This document shows positions 1 to 7,700 of a DNA stretch of 64,000 nt, piece by piece; position 1 is the stretch's first letter; every line of letters begins with the position of its first letter. The notes beneath the pieces were generated by a model. The model saw only the letters and a program-made list of their open reading frames with translations. It had not been told where the DNA came from and made no database searches. The position numbers and the translations under genes were made by a program. The DNA is from Rhodospirillaceae bacterium (lineage in GTDB: Bacteria; Pseudomonadota; Alphaproteobacteria; Rhodospirillales; UBA2165): NCBI GenBank assembly GCA_002723345.1, contig PBNV01000003.1:9866-73865 (forward strand). The letters run 5' to 3'.

Positions 1-15
1 CCGATAACAGCAATG

Positions 16-1050
16 TTATACATGGCTCTCCCCTAACGCTGGATTGTCCGCCGGTGCTCTGTCTGGTAATCCGAGCACCCGCAGAATCTCAGTGGCAAGT
101 GATTGACCGCTCGCAAAAGCCGCTTCCACGCGGCCTTGGATGCACCAGTCCCCGCAAGCGGCAATTTGGGCATTAGCATCGAGATAAAAGGTTGGTCCGA
201 CCTGCTTCTCGAGATTGGCAAAATGCCAGCCGTGCACGGCCTGATGTGCGGCATTTGAGACGTCATAACCGATGGTCTCACTCGTCTGCTGGCAAAGATA
301 TGCCAGGACCGTCTCCCGCGCGTCGTGAAGATGCTCATTCGCCCATAAATTGGTTGAGTGGACCAGAAGGCTAAAATCGTTAGACCGACCCGGTTTGGAA
401 CTGTCGACAGAGATCCAGCTGATGTCTGCGCCAGCAACATGCGCTGCATCAAAAGCCAGAGGCAATGCCTCCTCGAAACCCAGCATTAAGGAAAAGCAGG
501 CGTTCATCTTAATTGTCTCAATCTCTGGATAAAAACTTACCGACGGCGGAAGGATGTCGATAGACTGGCTGGCCGGTACAGTCGATATCACCCAATCAAA
601 TTCTCCTACATTTTGGCCGTGATCATCCCACAAGCACCATTTATCGATATGCTCGATCCCTGCAATGCGCGTGCCCAGGACAAATTTTAAGCCGTCACTT
701 ATATATTTACCGACCGCGTTCATAGCCGGAGTACCCACATAATGGGGAAGCTGATCGTCCCATACGCGCTGAGAGATGATTTTTCCGTTATCGATCTCGG
801 CGAACCGTGCACCCCAGTGTTGAATGATACCGACGGCCTCCAATGGGGCCAAGAATTCCTGAAAGGCGGGCGTTTTAGCCGTAAAAAATTGAGCTCCATG
901 GTCAAAGCTGTAGGGCTCGGCCCTCCGCGTGGCCATGCGACCACCTACGCCGCGTGACTTTTCGAATAGAGAAACATCTGCCACGTCATTGAGCTGTCGG
1001 GCCGCCGTCAACGCCGCGATTCCAGATCCGATAATTGCAATGCTAGTCAC
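16..1050 (-). CDS. NAD(P)/FAD-dependent oxidoreductase (renalase/amine-oxidase-like flavoprotein)
   Basis: 344-aa ORF. N-terminal dinucleotide-binding fingerprint IAIIGSGIAALTAA..LFEKSRGVGGR. GTG start overlaps the upstream stop (GTGA at 1047-1050). Confidence 0.85.
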   Translation of the reverse strand: MTSIAIIGSGIAALTAARQLNDVADVSLFEKSRGVGGRMATRRAEPYSFDHGAQFFTAKTPAFQEFLAPLEAVGIIQHWGARFAEIDNGKIISQRVWDDQLPHYVGTPAMNAVGKYISDGLKFVLGTRIAGIEHIDKWCLWDDHGQNVGEFDWVISTVPASQSIDILPPSVSFYPEIETIKMNACFSLMLGFEEALPLAFDAAHVAGADISWISVDSSKPGRSNDFSLLVHSTNLWANEHLHDARETVLAYLCQQTSETIGYDVSNAAHQAVHGWHFANLEKQVGPTFYLDANAQIAACGDWCIQGRVEAAFASGQSLATEILRVLGLPDRAPADNPALGESHV

Positions 1051-1505
1051 ACTATTAACCCCAAGAATATGAGAGACAACACGACAATACCGGTGACCCC
1101 CGCGCGGGTTTTAAAGTAGTGCTTGTCAATCAACCCAGAAATCACCAAACGGTGATCAATTGCCAAAAAGATGAGGAAGATAAATGATAATGCGAGGAAG
1201 AAAGCCTCCGGCGCCAGCGCCAAGAACACAGTCCACAGGCTGATAGCCATAACATTACTGGAGAGCGCCAGAAACAACGACAATCCTGCGTTTTGGTTTA
1301 AATGTAATTGCCAATGAGTGCCCGAGAGGAACGAGGCAATGACGAGACCATAGGCCCCCACCACATCTACCGTCGCACCTAAAAAGGGCACAGATCTGAT
1401 ATCCAGTGCTAGACAAACCGCTCCCATTACAAACGGGATGGCCCCACCGTAGGTCAGAATGGGATAGAGCGACGTCAGGTCACTTCGAAGGAGAGATTTG
1501 ACCAT
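1047..1505 (-). CDS. polytopic membrane protein, DUF3429-like
   Basis: 152-aa ORF with 4-5 hydrophobic helices, co-directional with and overlapping both neighbours. Family name is from memory. Start uncertain (26-nt overlap with the upstream gene). Confidence 0.65.
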   Translation of the reverse strand: MVKSLLRSDLTSLYPILTYGGAIPFVMGAVCLALDIRSVPFLGATVDVVGAYGLVIASFLSGTHWQLHLNQNAGLSLFLALSSNVMAISLWTVFLALAPEAFFLALSFIFLIFLAIDHRLVISGLIDKHYFKTRAGVTGIVVLSLIFLGLIV

Positions 1506-1944
1506 GATCGATTTTTCTCGCCAAAGCCTGCGCGGCGGGCCGGACCAGCAGAAACAGGCGGTAAGCAGCCTCAGCGAACGGAAGCACGATACGATGACTA
1601 GTGATCACTCCCAAGAGTCGCCAATGTGGAAGGTTCAGCCACAAGTGAGCAAATCCTGCTGCCCCACTCAGCAACGTCCCCTCAGCTGTTCTAACATGAA
1701 ACCGCTTAAGAGCGGCCTCTCGAGGGAGGCCAATGGTGGGATAACTGGCTGGTGAGGAGGCCACGTCATACCAGGCTATATTACCCGCTCCCGCCATGTT
1801 CCGATAAAATTTTATTTCGCGATAACAAAGTGGACACGATCCATCATAATAAATTGTGGGCCCGTCTTTGCCATGCGGACCATGAGTTCCCAGATCTTTC
1901 TGGTGTGCCAAATCATTGTTAAAACTACGCTTGCGATTAACCAC
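1480..1944 (-). CDS. thiol-disulfide oxidoreductase, DCC family (DUF393)
   Basis: 154 aa with the diagnostic YYDGSCPLCYREI CxxC segment. GTG start shares 1 nt with the stop of the upstream gene. Confidence 0.8.
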   Translation of the reverse strand: MVNRKRSFNNDLAHQKDLGTHGPHGKDGPTIYYDGSCPLCYREIKFYRNMAGAGNIAWYDVASSPASYPTIGLPREAALKRFHVRTAEGTLLSGAAGFAHLWLNLPHWRLLGVITSHRIVLPFAEAAYRLFLLVRPAAQALARKIDHGQISPSK

Positions 1945-2252
1945 TAACCACCCCAGACATCGTCATATCGCGCACACCCGTCAGTTGGGTCTCGGAATTT
2001 GTTACGATAATCCCGGTTTTGCTGACCCCGAGCGAGCCTGAAAACGTCGGCGGTAAAAAATATGGCTACGATAACTGCCGTATGACCAACTATCATTGGC
2101 CACAAAGAAAACATTGATCCGATCCAAATAGAGAATACCGCGGACCACATGTAGGAAAGGATCAGCATAAATCGGAAACGGACGACTTTCGGCAGTCCAT
2201 TAAATGGGTTACGCTCATCGTCCATGATTAATTTGTAAGTACGTTGAATCAT
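1944..2252 (-). CDS. small membrane protein, unknown function
   Basis: 102 aa with two hydrophobic helices (FMLILSYMWSAVFSIWIGS, MIVGHTAVIVAIFFTA). First gene of an overlapping four-gene string. Confidence 0.55.
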   Translation of the reverse strand: MIQRTYKLIMDDERNPFNGLPKVVRFRFMLILSYMWSAVFSIWIGSMFSLWPMIVGHTAVIVAIFFTADVFRLARGQQNRDYRNKFRDPTDGCARYDDVWGG

Positions 2253-2292
2253 AGTTTACCTCCGCAAATACGACGTGGGGTGCCAGAAAATT

Positions 2293-2670
2293 TTAGGGTA
2301 AGGATTTGAGATAACTGATTAAATCATCCCGATCTTTTCGATTTTTCAGCTTCAGCACCATCGAAGTCCTCTTGTCCGCTTTTTTCTTCACAAATTTTTT
2401 TGGTTTTGTGAGAAAATGGTCTAACGTTTTCTCGGTCCATGTCCAATCCGCACCTTAAAGTCCACGATACCTCTTAAATCCTGCTACGGTCCCAGCCTTT
2501 TTGCCGATGACCTGGTAAAGGGACGGGCCAATTTTATGTTTTCCCTCCCTGAGTGCGTGACATGGTTTGCATTTGTTAAAAACCTTCTTTCCTCGAATTG
2601 GGTCGCCTGCAGCCAAAGGGGAACAATCAGAGATGAATGTCAGCATCATGGTGAAAAGTAAGATCTGCAT
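2293..2670 (-). pseudogene. class I c-type cytochrome (cytochrome c2/c550-like) interrupted by one in-frame TAA
   Basis: Minus-strand reading gives a signal peptide, the CKPCH haem site, then ..AGFKRYRGL-TAA(2455-2457)-GADWTWTEKTLDHFLTKPKKFV..TSMVLKLKNRKDRDDLISYLKSLP-TAA(2293-2295). The second half stays in the same frame and carries the conserved C-terminal half, including the Met-ligand region. Confidence 0.75.
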
Positions 2671-2821
2671 GATGCATTTTCCCCTGAATGGACCAAATTT
2701 TCTATTGCCCCCCGGGTAACTGCAATAACCAGGTTAATTTTGTGCTCTCTGCCTATTTGGGAAAACTGTCTTCGCGAGTGGATAGCTTAAGCAGATCTAC
2801 AAAGCTCTATTAGCCCGCGGC

Positions 2822-3487
2822 TTATATACCGATGAGCGGCTGTAACATACGAGGTACCAACCCTGAAAATTGCAATGGGGCGTCGGTTACGACGAGGCAA
2901 ATACAGGGCCCATCAGCTCCGGCAACAGGCTGGTGGGTGGTTGTTTCATCCACATCTTCCAAATCTCCTGGCCCGAAGTGCCCCGCTTCGTCTGTGAAAC
3001 TGCCAGATAAAACGAGTGTAAGTTCACGACCGCTATGAGTATGCTCGGGAACCGGTTGACTTGGCGGAATCTTTAGCAACCTGACCTGACTGTCATCAGA
3101 TGTCGGGATTAAATACTGCTGCGCACCGCCACCAATGGGTTTCCACGGGGTCTCCTCTAATCCGCCCCCAAGATAGTTCCGAAGAGGCTGGGGGATCGTC
3201 ATATCCTGGGACGTTGTCAAAACGGGTGCAACAGCTGATTCGACGATCGGATCTGGCCGTGATGGTTTATTGATTTTTTCCAACACTGCTTCGAAAGAGC
3301 CAGGCGACAATAATGCCGGCGCTTCATCATCTAAGAGAGCGCCACCAAGCTCATCTGCATCCTTAACGCTAGACCGACATGTTGGACAGAAAGCAAGATG
3401 CGTGGCGACGGCTAAACTCCAGCCCTCGCCCAACGCGCCAGCGCTGTAACTCAGTAGTAAATCTTCCTCGGGGTGATGGTAACTCAT
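2822..3487 (-). CDS. chrR: anti-sigma factor ChrR (zinc anti-sigma domain plus C-terminal cupin)
   Basis: Start MSYHHPEEDLL. The HxxxCxxC zinc motif is present (THLAFCPTC), and the C-terminal cupin has PEHTHSGRELTLVLSG. The ATG overlaps the rpoE stop (ATGA at 3484-3487). The 5' extension of the ORF-track entry (to 3655) lies inside rpoE. Confidence 0.9.
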   Translation of the reverse strand: MSYHHPEEDLLLSYSAGALGEGWSLAVATHLAFCPTCRSSVKDADELGGALLDDEAPALLSPGSFEAVLEKINKPSRPDPIVESAVAPVLTTSQDMTIPQPLRNYLGGGLEETPWKPIGGGAQQYLIPTSDDSQVRLLKIPPSQPVPEHTHSGRELTLVLSGSFTDEAGHFGPGDLEDVDETTTHQPVAGADGPCICLVVTDAPLQFSGLVPRMLQPLIGI

Positions 3488-4053
3488 ATTAGCTTCCTCA
3501 GCATTGGCCGCAGTTTTTGAAAGGAAAGACGCAATCGGGACTTGACCGTACCCAACGGAATTTCCAAACGCTCTGCGATCTCTGGATGCGCAAGTCCTTC
3601 GATGTAGGACAAACGTACAACTTCTCTCTGGTCCTCGGGTAGTGATTGTAGGCACTTGCGGACCAGTTTTTCTCGATCCTTAGTCTCTAACGCGGCGTCG
3701 GCCTGTTGCTCGGCTTCTGGTATCAGCGCGGGATCGTTTGGGTCTAGCTCTGGCCGGTTCTCTTTTCGGAACCGATCTATCCGAAGGTTTCTAGCGATTG
3801 TAAATATCCAGGTCGATGGTCCCGCTTTAGTCGGGTCGAAAAGATGACTTTTACGCCATACCATAAGAAGCGTTTCTTGCGACAACTCTTCCGCCATCAC
3901 CTCGTCTGCACCTTGCCTGCGCATCACTGACTTTATACGAGGTGCGTACCAAGCAAACAGGGCCTGAAACGCGTCGGTGTCCTGTTTCGCAGCAACTGCC
4001 TGTAGCAATCCTGCATGATCGCTCGCAGAAGCGGGTCCAGTTGTACTGTTCAT
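3484..4053 (-). CDS. rpoE: ECF RNA polymerase sigma factor (RpoE/sigma-E group, ChrR partner)
   Basis: Sigma-70 region 2 (..ETLLMVWRKSHLFDP..STWIFTIARNLRIDRFRK) and region 4 (QREVVRLSYIEGLAHPEIAERLEIPLGTVKSRL). Preferred start is ATG 4051-4053, with AGGAG 10 nt upstream, giving 189 aa. The maximal ORF reaches 4149. Confidence 0.9.
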   Translation of the reverse strand: MNSTTGPASASDHAGLLQAVAAKQDTDAFQALFAWYAPRIKSVMRRQGADEVMAEELSQETLLMVWRKSHLFDPTKAGPSTWIFTIARNLRIDRFRKENRPELDPNDPALIPEAEQQADAALETKDREKLVRKCLQSLPEDQREVVRLSYIEGLAHPEIAERLEIPLGTVKSRLRLSFQKLRPMLRKLI

Positions 4054-4155
4054 TGAGCGGCGACTCCTAGGCAGTACCGACGCTGTCTTTAAAGCAGCCG
4101 GTGCTGCCGTGCTGTCCCAATCGATGGCTGTCGTTGATGCAACATTCATACTGGT

Positions 4156-4183
4156 AATACGGCTGGCTTGCTACTACGGATCA
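4156..4183 (-). promoter_or_regulatory. ECF (sigma-E type) promoter of rpoE-chrR: TGATCC-N16-CGTATT
   Basis: Minus strand 4183->4156 reads TGATCC gtagtagcaagccagc CGTATT. It mirrors the plus-strand copy, which starts 16 nt away. Confidence 0.7.
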
Positions 4184-4198
4184 CCTAATAAAAAAGTT

Positions 4199-4226
4199 TG
4201 ATCCGCCCTATCGTTTCGGGCGTAAT
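4199..4226 (+). promoter_or_regulatory. ECF (sigma-E type) promoter of the divergent lipid-modification operon: TGATCC-N16-CGTAAT
   Basis: Plus strand reads TGATCC gccctatcgtttcggg CGTAAT, 64 nt upstream of ATG 4290. Confidence 0.7.
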
Positions 4227-4289
4227 CCAAACAATAGTTGGCAGTCGCCACGTAGACAATCGAATAAACCTCTCTAAAAGGAAGCATTC

Positions 4290-5660
4290 ATGAATTTCGC
4301 CACCGACGCCGAAGCCGGCGGAGGACATTCTGCGGGCAGACCATGCCAAGACATAGCTGTCGTGGGCAGCGGCATAGCGGGCATGTCAGCTGCTTGGCTG
4401 TTGAGCCAGACCCATTCGGTCACCGTTTTTGAACGAAATACCAGAATCGGCGGACATTCGAACACCGTGGTTGTTGAAAATGCCGGCATCAGGACACCTG
4501 TTGATACCGGTTTCATCGTCTACAACGACGAAACCTACCCAAATTTGGTGGCCTTGTTCTCACATTTAAAAGTACCAACCGAGACAAGTGACATGTCCTT
4601 TGCCGTTTCCATCGATAATGGTTCTTTTGAATATGGCAGTGGATCGCTAAACGCAATGCTTGGACAACGCGAGAATATCTTCACCCCTCGTTACTGGCGG
4701 ATGATATTGGATATCAAGCGTTTCTTTCAACAAGCAACCCAGTTTCTGAACCAGAAAACCCCAGACGAAACCCTGAACCTCGGCGATTTTCTTGCCCGGC
4801 ATGGGTTTAAGGGGGATATGACGGACCGATTCATTCTGCCTATGGGCGGCGCCATCTGGTCCACAAAACCAGCAGAAATGAAGGAGCAGCCGGCCATCAC
4901 CTTTCTGAGATTTCTGGAAAGTCACGGTTTACTGCAGTTTACTGGTCAATATCCCTGGCGGACTGTGACCGGCGGTAGCCAAGCTTACGTTGACCGGCTA
5001 ACAGCTGATTATATCGACAGAGTAAACGTCGGGCGCGGGGTGACAGAAATCAAACGGCTCGACAACGGGGTCGCAATTACCGATGAATCTGGTCGCACCA
5101 CACAACATGACGCCGTCGTAATTGCCACTCACGCAAATGAAGCGCTTACCTTGCTCTCAGACCCAGACCCAACAGAAAAGAGGCTATTGCAAGCATTTCA
5201 ATACACTGACAACCGGGTTATTCTCCACTCTGATCCTTCCCTTATGCCACATCGAAAACGTGTCTGGTCCAGCTGGAATTTCATGGGTCAAGACGATGCG
5301 GGGGTCAGTGTGACCTACTGGATGAACAAACTGCAATCGCTGGATAACCGGCAACCGCTATTCGTCTCGGTGAACCCTGTCCGCGAGCCCATCACAAACG
5401 CGGTTTTTAGGTCATTCAACTATCAACATCCTTTTTTCGACCTTGCCTCATGGCAGGCGCAAAAAGACTTGTGGCAACTGCAAGGAAGTAGAAACACTTG
5501 GTTCTGCGGTAGCTACTTCGGGGCGGGATTCCACGAGGACGCCCTTCAATCCGGTCTTGCCGTTGCCGAGGAACTAGGCGGGGTCAAGCGGCCATGGCAG
5601 GTGAAGAATGACTCGGCCCGCATTTATCGGGGAGTTAACAAAAAGGTCATGGCCGCGTGA
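4290..5660 (+). CDS. FAD-dependent oxidoreductase/desaturase, UfaD-like (amine-oxidase fold)
   Basis: 456 aa with the Rossmann motif IAVVGSGIAGMSAAWLL..VFERNTRIGGH. First gene of the operon behind the sigma-E-type promoter. Same position as RSP1091 in the Rhodobacter operon (from memory). Confidence 0.85.
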   Translation: MNFATDAEAGGGHSAGRPCQDIAVVGSGIAGMSAAWLLSQTHSVTVFERNTRIGGHSNTVVVENAGIRTPVDTGFIVYNDETYPNLVALFSHLKVPTETSDMSFAVSIDNGSFEYGSGSLNAMLGQRENIFTPRYWRMILDIKRFFQQATQFLNQKTPDETLNLGDFLARHGFKGDMTDRFILPMGGAIWSTKPAEMKEQPAITFLRFLESHGLLQFTGQYPWRTVTGGSQAYVDRLTADYIDRVNVGRGVTEIKRLDNGVAITDESGRTTQHDAVVIATHANEALTLLSDPDPTEKRLLQAFQYTDNRVILHSDPSLMPHRKRVWSSWNFMGQDDAGVSVTYWMNKLQSLDNRQPLFVSVNPVREPITNAVFRSFNYQHPFFDLASWQAQKDLWQLQGSRNTWFCGSYFGAGFHEDALQSGLAVAEELGGVKRPWQVKNDSARIYRGVNKKVMAA

Positions 5661-6424
5661 GCATAACGAGAACAGGCATCTACTCAGGACGAGTAGTTCA
5701 TGAACGGCTTCGGCCGCGGCACCATCGTCTCTCTTATGGGGTATTTTCTCTGCTAGTCGACCTGGATGACCTCCAAGAAATAACCCGCCACCTGAAATGG
5801 CTATCCTACAACACAGGGGGTTTTTACGCCATTCATGACAAGGATCACGGCGACGGCCAGGGTATACGGTCATGGGTCAATGAAGAGCTCACTCACGCTG
5901 GCCTGTCAAACGCGGCGCACAGGGTCAGTATGCTTTGCTATCCGCGCATATTGGGTTACGTCTTCAACCCACTGACTGTTTTCTTTTGTTATGACGCGGC
6001 GGATAAACTCGGCGCGATCATCTACGAGGTGCACAACACTTTTAAAGAGCGGCACGCTTATGTACTTCCGGTCACTGGGAATCACAAGAAAGTCATCAAA
6101 CAGACTTGCCCCAAAAGTTTTTTTGTCTCGCCTTTCGTGCCCATGACGTGTCACTATGACTTCCGTCTCCAGCCGCCCGGGGACAAGATTAGAATTGTTA
6201 TCAGGGAAGAAGACGACGACGGCCTTCTTCTGGCGGCGGCGTTTCATGGGGATCATCTTCCCCTGAGCGATTCAGTTTTGATCAGAATGGCATTGAAATT
6301 TCCTCTCATGACCCTCAAAGTAATAGCCGGTATTCACATCGAGGCTGTTCGGCTTTGGCTCAAAAAAACCCCATATTTTCCTCACAGAGCAGGAGAAGAT
6401 GTGGAAAAACAACGCCCGGCCTAA
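5657..6424 (+). CDS. DUF1365 family protein, UfaO-like
   Basis: 255 aa with N-terminus ..GRVVHERLRPRHHRLSYGVFSLLVDLDDL, typical of DUF1365. GTG start overlaps the upstream TGA (GTGA at 5657-5660). Confidence 0.8.
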   Translation: MSITRTGIYSGRVVHERLRPRHHRLSYGVFSLLVDLDDLQEITRHLKWLSYNTGGFYAIHDKDHGDGQGIRSWVNEELTHAGLSNAAHRVSMLCYPRILGYVFNPLTVFFCYDAADKLGAIIYEVHNTFKERHAYVLPVTGNHKKVIKQTCPKSFFVSPFVPMTCHYDFRLQPPGDKIRIVIREEDDDGLLLAAAFHGDHLPLSDSVLIRMALKFPLMTLKVIAGIHIEAVRLWLKKTPYFPHRAGEDVEKQRPA

Positions 6425-6455
6425 CTGCGGCCACTGCAAGAACATAGGTAGTAAA

Positions 6456-7700
6456 ATGTCCATTGCTCTTCGTCCGATTTCTGCCATTTTGGACCGTTCT
6501 CCTGGAAAAGTCGCCCATGCCCTCCGGACGGCCCTGCTGAGTTACATCTCCTCAAAATTAACCCGCTCAATTAGAAAAGGCCGCGTCACCTTTGTGCTGA
6601 AAGGCGGACGGCAGATCGTCCGCGATTCGGGTCATCCGGGACCTGATGCCACAATCTATCTTAACAGTTTAAAAGCTATCAGCCGGATGGTCAGCGGAGG
6701 GTATTTGGGTCTGGCAGAGGGTTATCTTGCCGAAGACTGGAGCACGCCGTCGCTGAGGGATGTCTTTGACTTCGGGACCGCAAATGCCGGTCCGCTTGAT
6801 ACAAATTTGTCTGGCAACCTTTTTGTCCGGGCGTTGAGTGCCCTGCAACATGGCCGGCGACGGAACAGTCGGGACGGGAGCAAGAGAAATATCGCGGAGC
6901 ATTATGATCTAGGAAATCGCTTCTTCGAGATCTGGCTTGACCCGTCGATCACCTACTCTTCTGGGCTCTTTGAGGGCGAGAATATCACGCTGGCAGAAGC
7001 CCAGGCAGGCAAATATCAACGCATTCTGGATAAACTTGAGGTTCAACCTCATCATCACGTGATTGAAATCGGATGCGGCTGGGGCGGTTTTGCTGAGTAC
7101 GCAGCCCGTAACACCGGCGCGCGAGTATCCGCTATTACGATCTCCCGTGAGCAGTATGATTGCGCGCAGGCACGTATGAGAAAAGCGGGACTGTCCGATC
7201 TCGTCGACATACAGCTCAAAGACTATCGAGATCTCACAGACCAAGCCGATCGTGTTGTGTCCATTGAAATGCTTGAGGCTGTCGGAGAGGATTATTGGCC
7301 GGGATATTTTAAAACCGTGTCCCAATGTCTCCGGCGTGGAGGCGCCGCAATGATCCAGGTAATCACCGTGCCGGACGAGGAATTTGCAGCATATCGGACA
7401 ACAGTTGATTTCATTCAACGTTATATCTTCCCGGGCGGCATGCTTTTATGCCCGGAGCAAATGGCTCAATTAAGTAAAGGCGCCGGGTTGACGCTCGACG
7501 AACAATTTTTGTTTGGCACCGATTACGCCCGCACACTCGAACTGTGGCAGGTTGAATTCCAACGCCACTGGCCTACCATACAATCCCTTGGGTTTGATGA
7601 ACGTTTTAAACGGATGTGGGAATATTATCTCGATTATACTTCTGCAGGATTCCGGTCAGGTGCTACCAATGTTGGGCAGTTTTTGCTGCGTAAACCGTAG
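6456..7700 (+). CDS. cyclopropane-fatty-acyl-phospholipid synthase-like SAM-dependent methyltransferase
   Basis: HYDLGNRFFEIWLDPSITYSSGLF and the SAM motif VIEIGCGWGGFAEYAA. Start is either 6456 (ATG) or 6399 (ATG, 26-nt overlap with the upstream gene). Confidence 0.85.
   Translation: MSIALRPISAILDRSPGKVAHALRTALLSYISSKLTRSIRKGRVTFVLKGGRQIVRDSGHPGPDATIYLNSLKAISRMVSGGYLGLAEGYLAEDWSTPSLRDVFDFGTANAGPLDTNLSGNLFVRALSALQHGRRRNSRDGSKRNIAEHYDLGNRFFEIWLDPSITYSSGLFEGENITLAEAQAGKYQRILDKLEVQPHHHVIEIGCGWGGFAEYAARNTGARVSAITISREQYDCAQARMRKAGLSDLVDIQLKDYRDLTDQADRVVSIEMLEAVGEDYWPGYFKTVSQCLRRGGAAMIQVITVPDEEFAAYRTTVDFIQRYIFPGGMLLCPEQMAQLSKGAGLTLDEQFLFGTDYARTLELWQVEFQRHWPTIQSLGFDERFKRMWEYYLDYTSAGFRSGATNVGQFLLRKP

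Noticed and set aside
2293-2670. Frameshift as the lesion in the cytochrome c gene
   Set aside because: Codon-by-codon reading shows the downstream conserved half is in the same frame as the upstream half. The lesion is a single in-frame TAA and not an indel.
2822-3655. Long 277-aa form of chrR; likewise the long forms at 9596-10090, 10015-10863, 10763-11527, 31112-31666, 36404-37327 and 58795-60054
   Set aside because: The upstream extensions overlap the preceding gene or the promoter region. The internal ATGs coincide with ATGA overlaps or good Shine-Dalgarno sequences and with the usual family N-termini.
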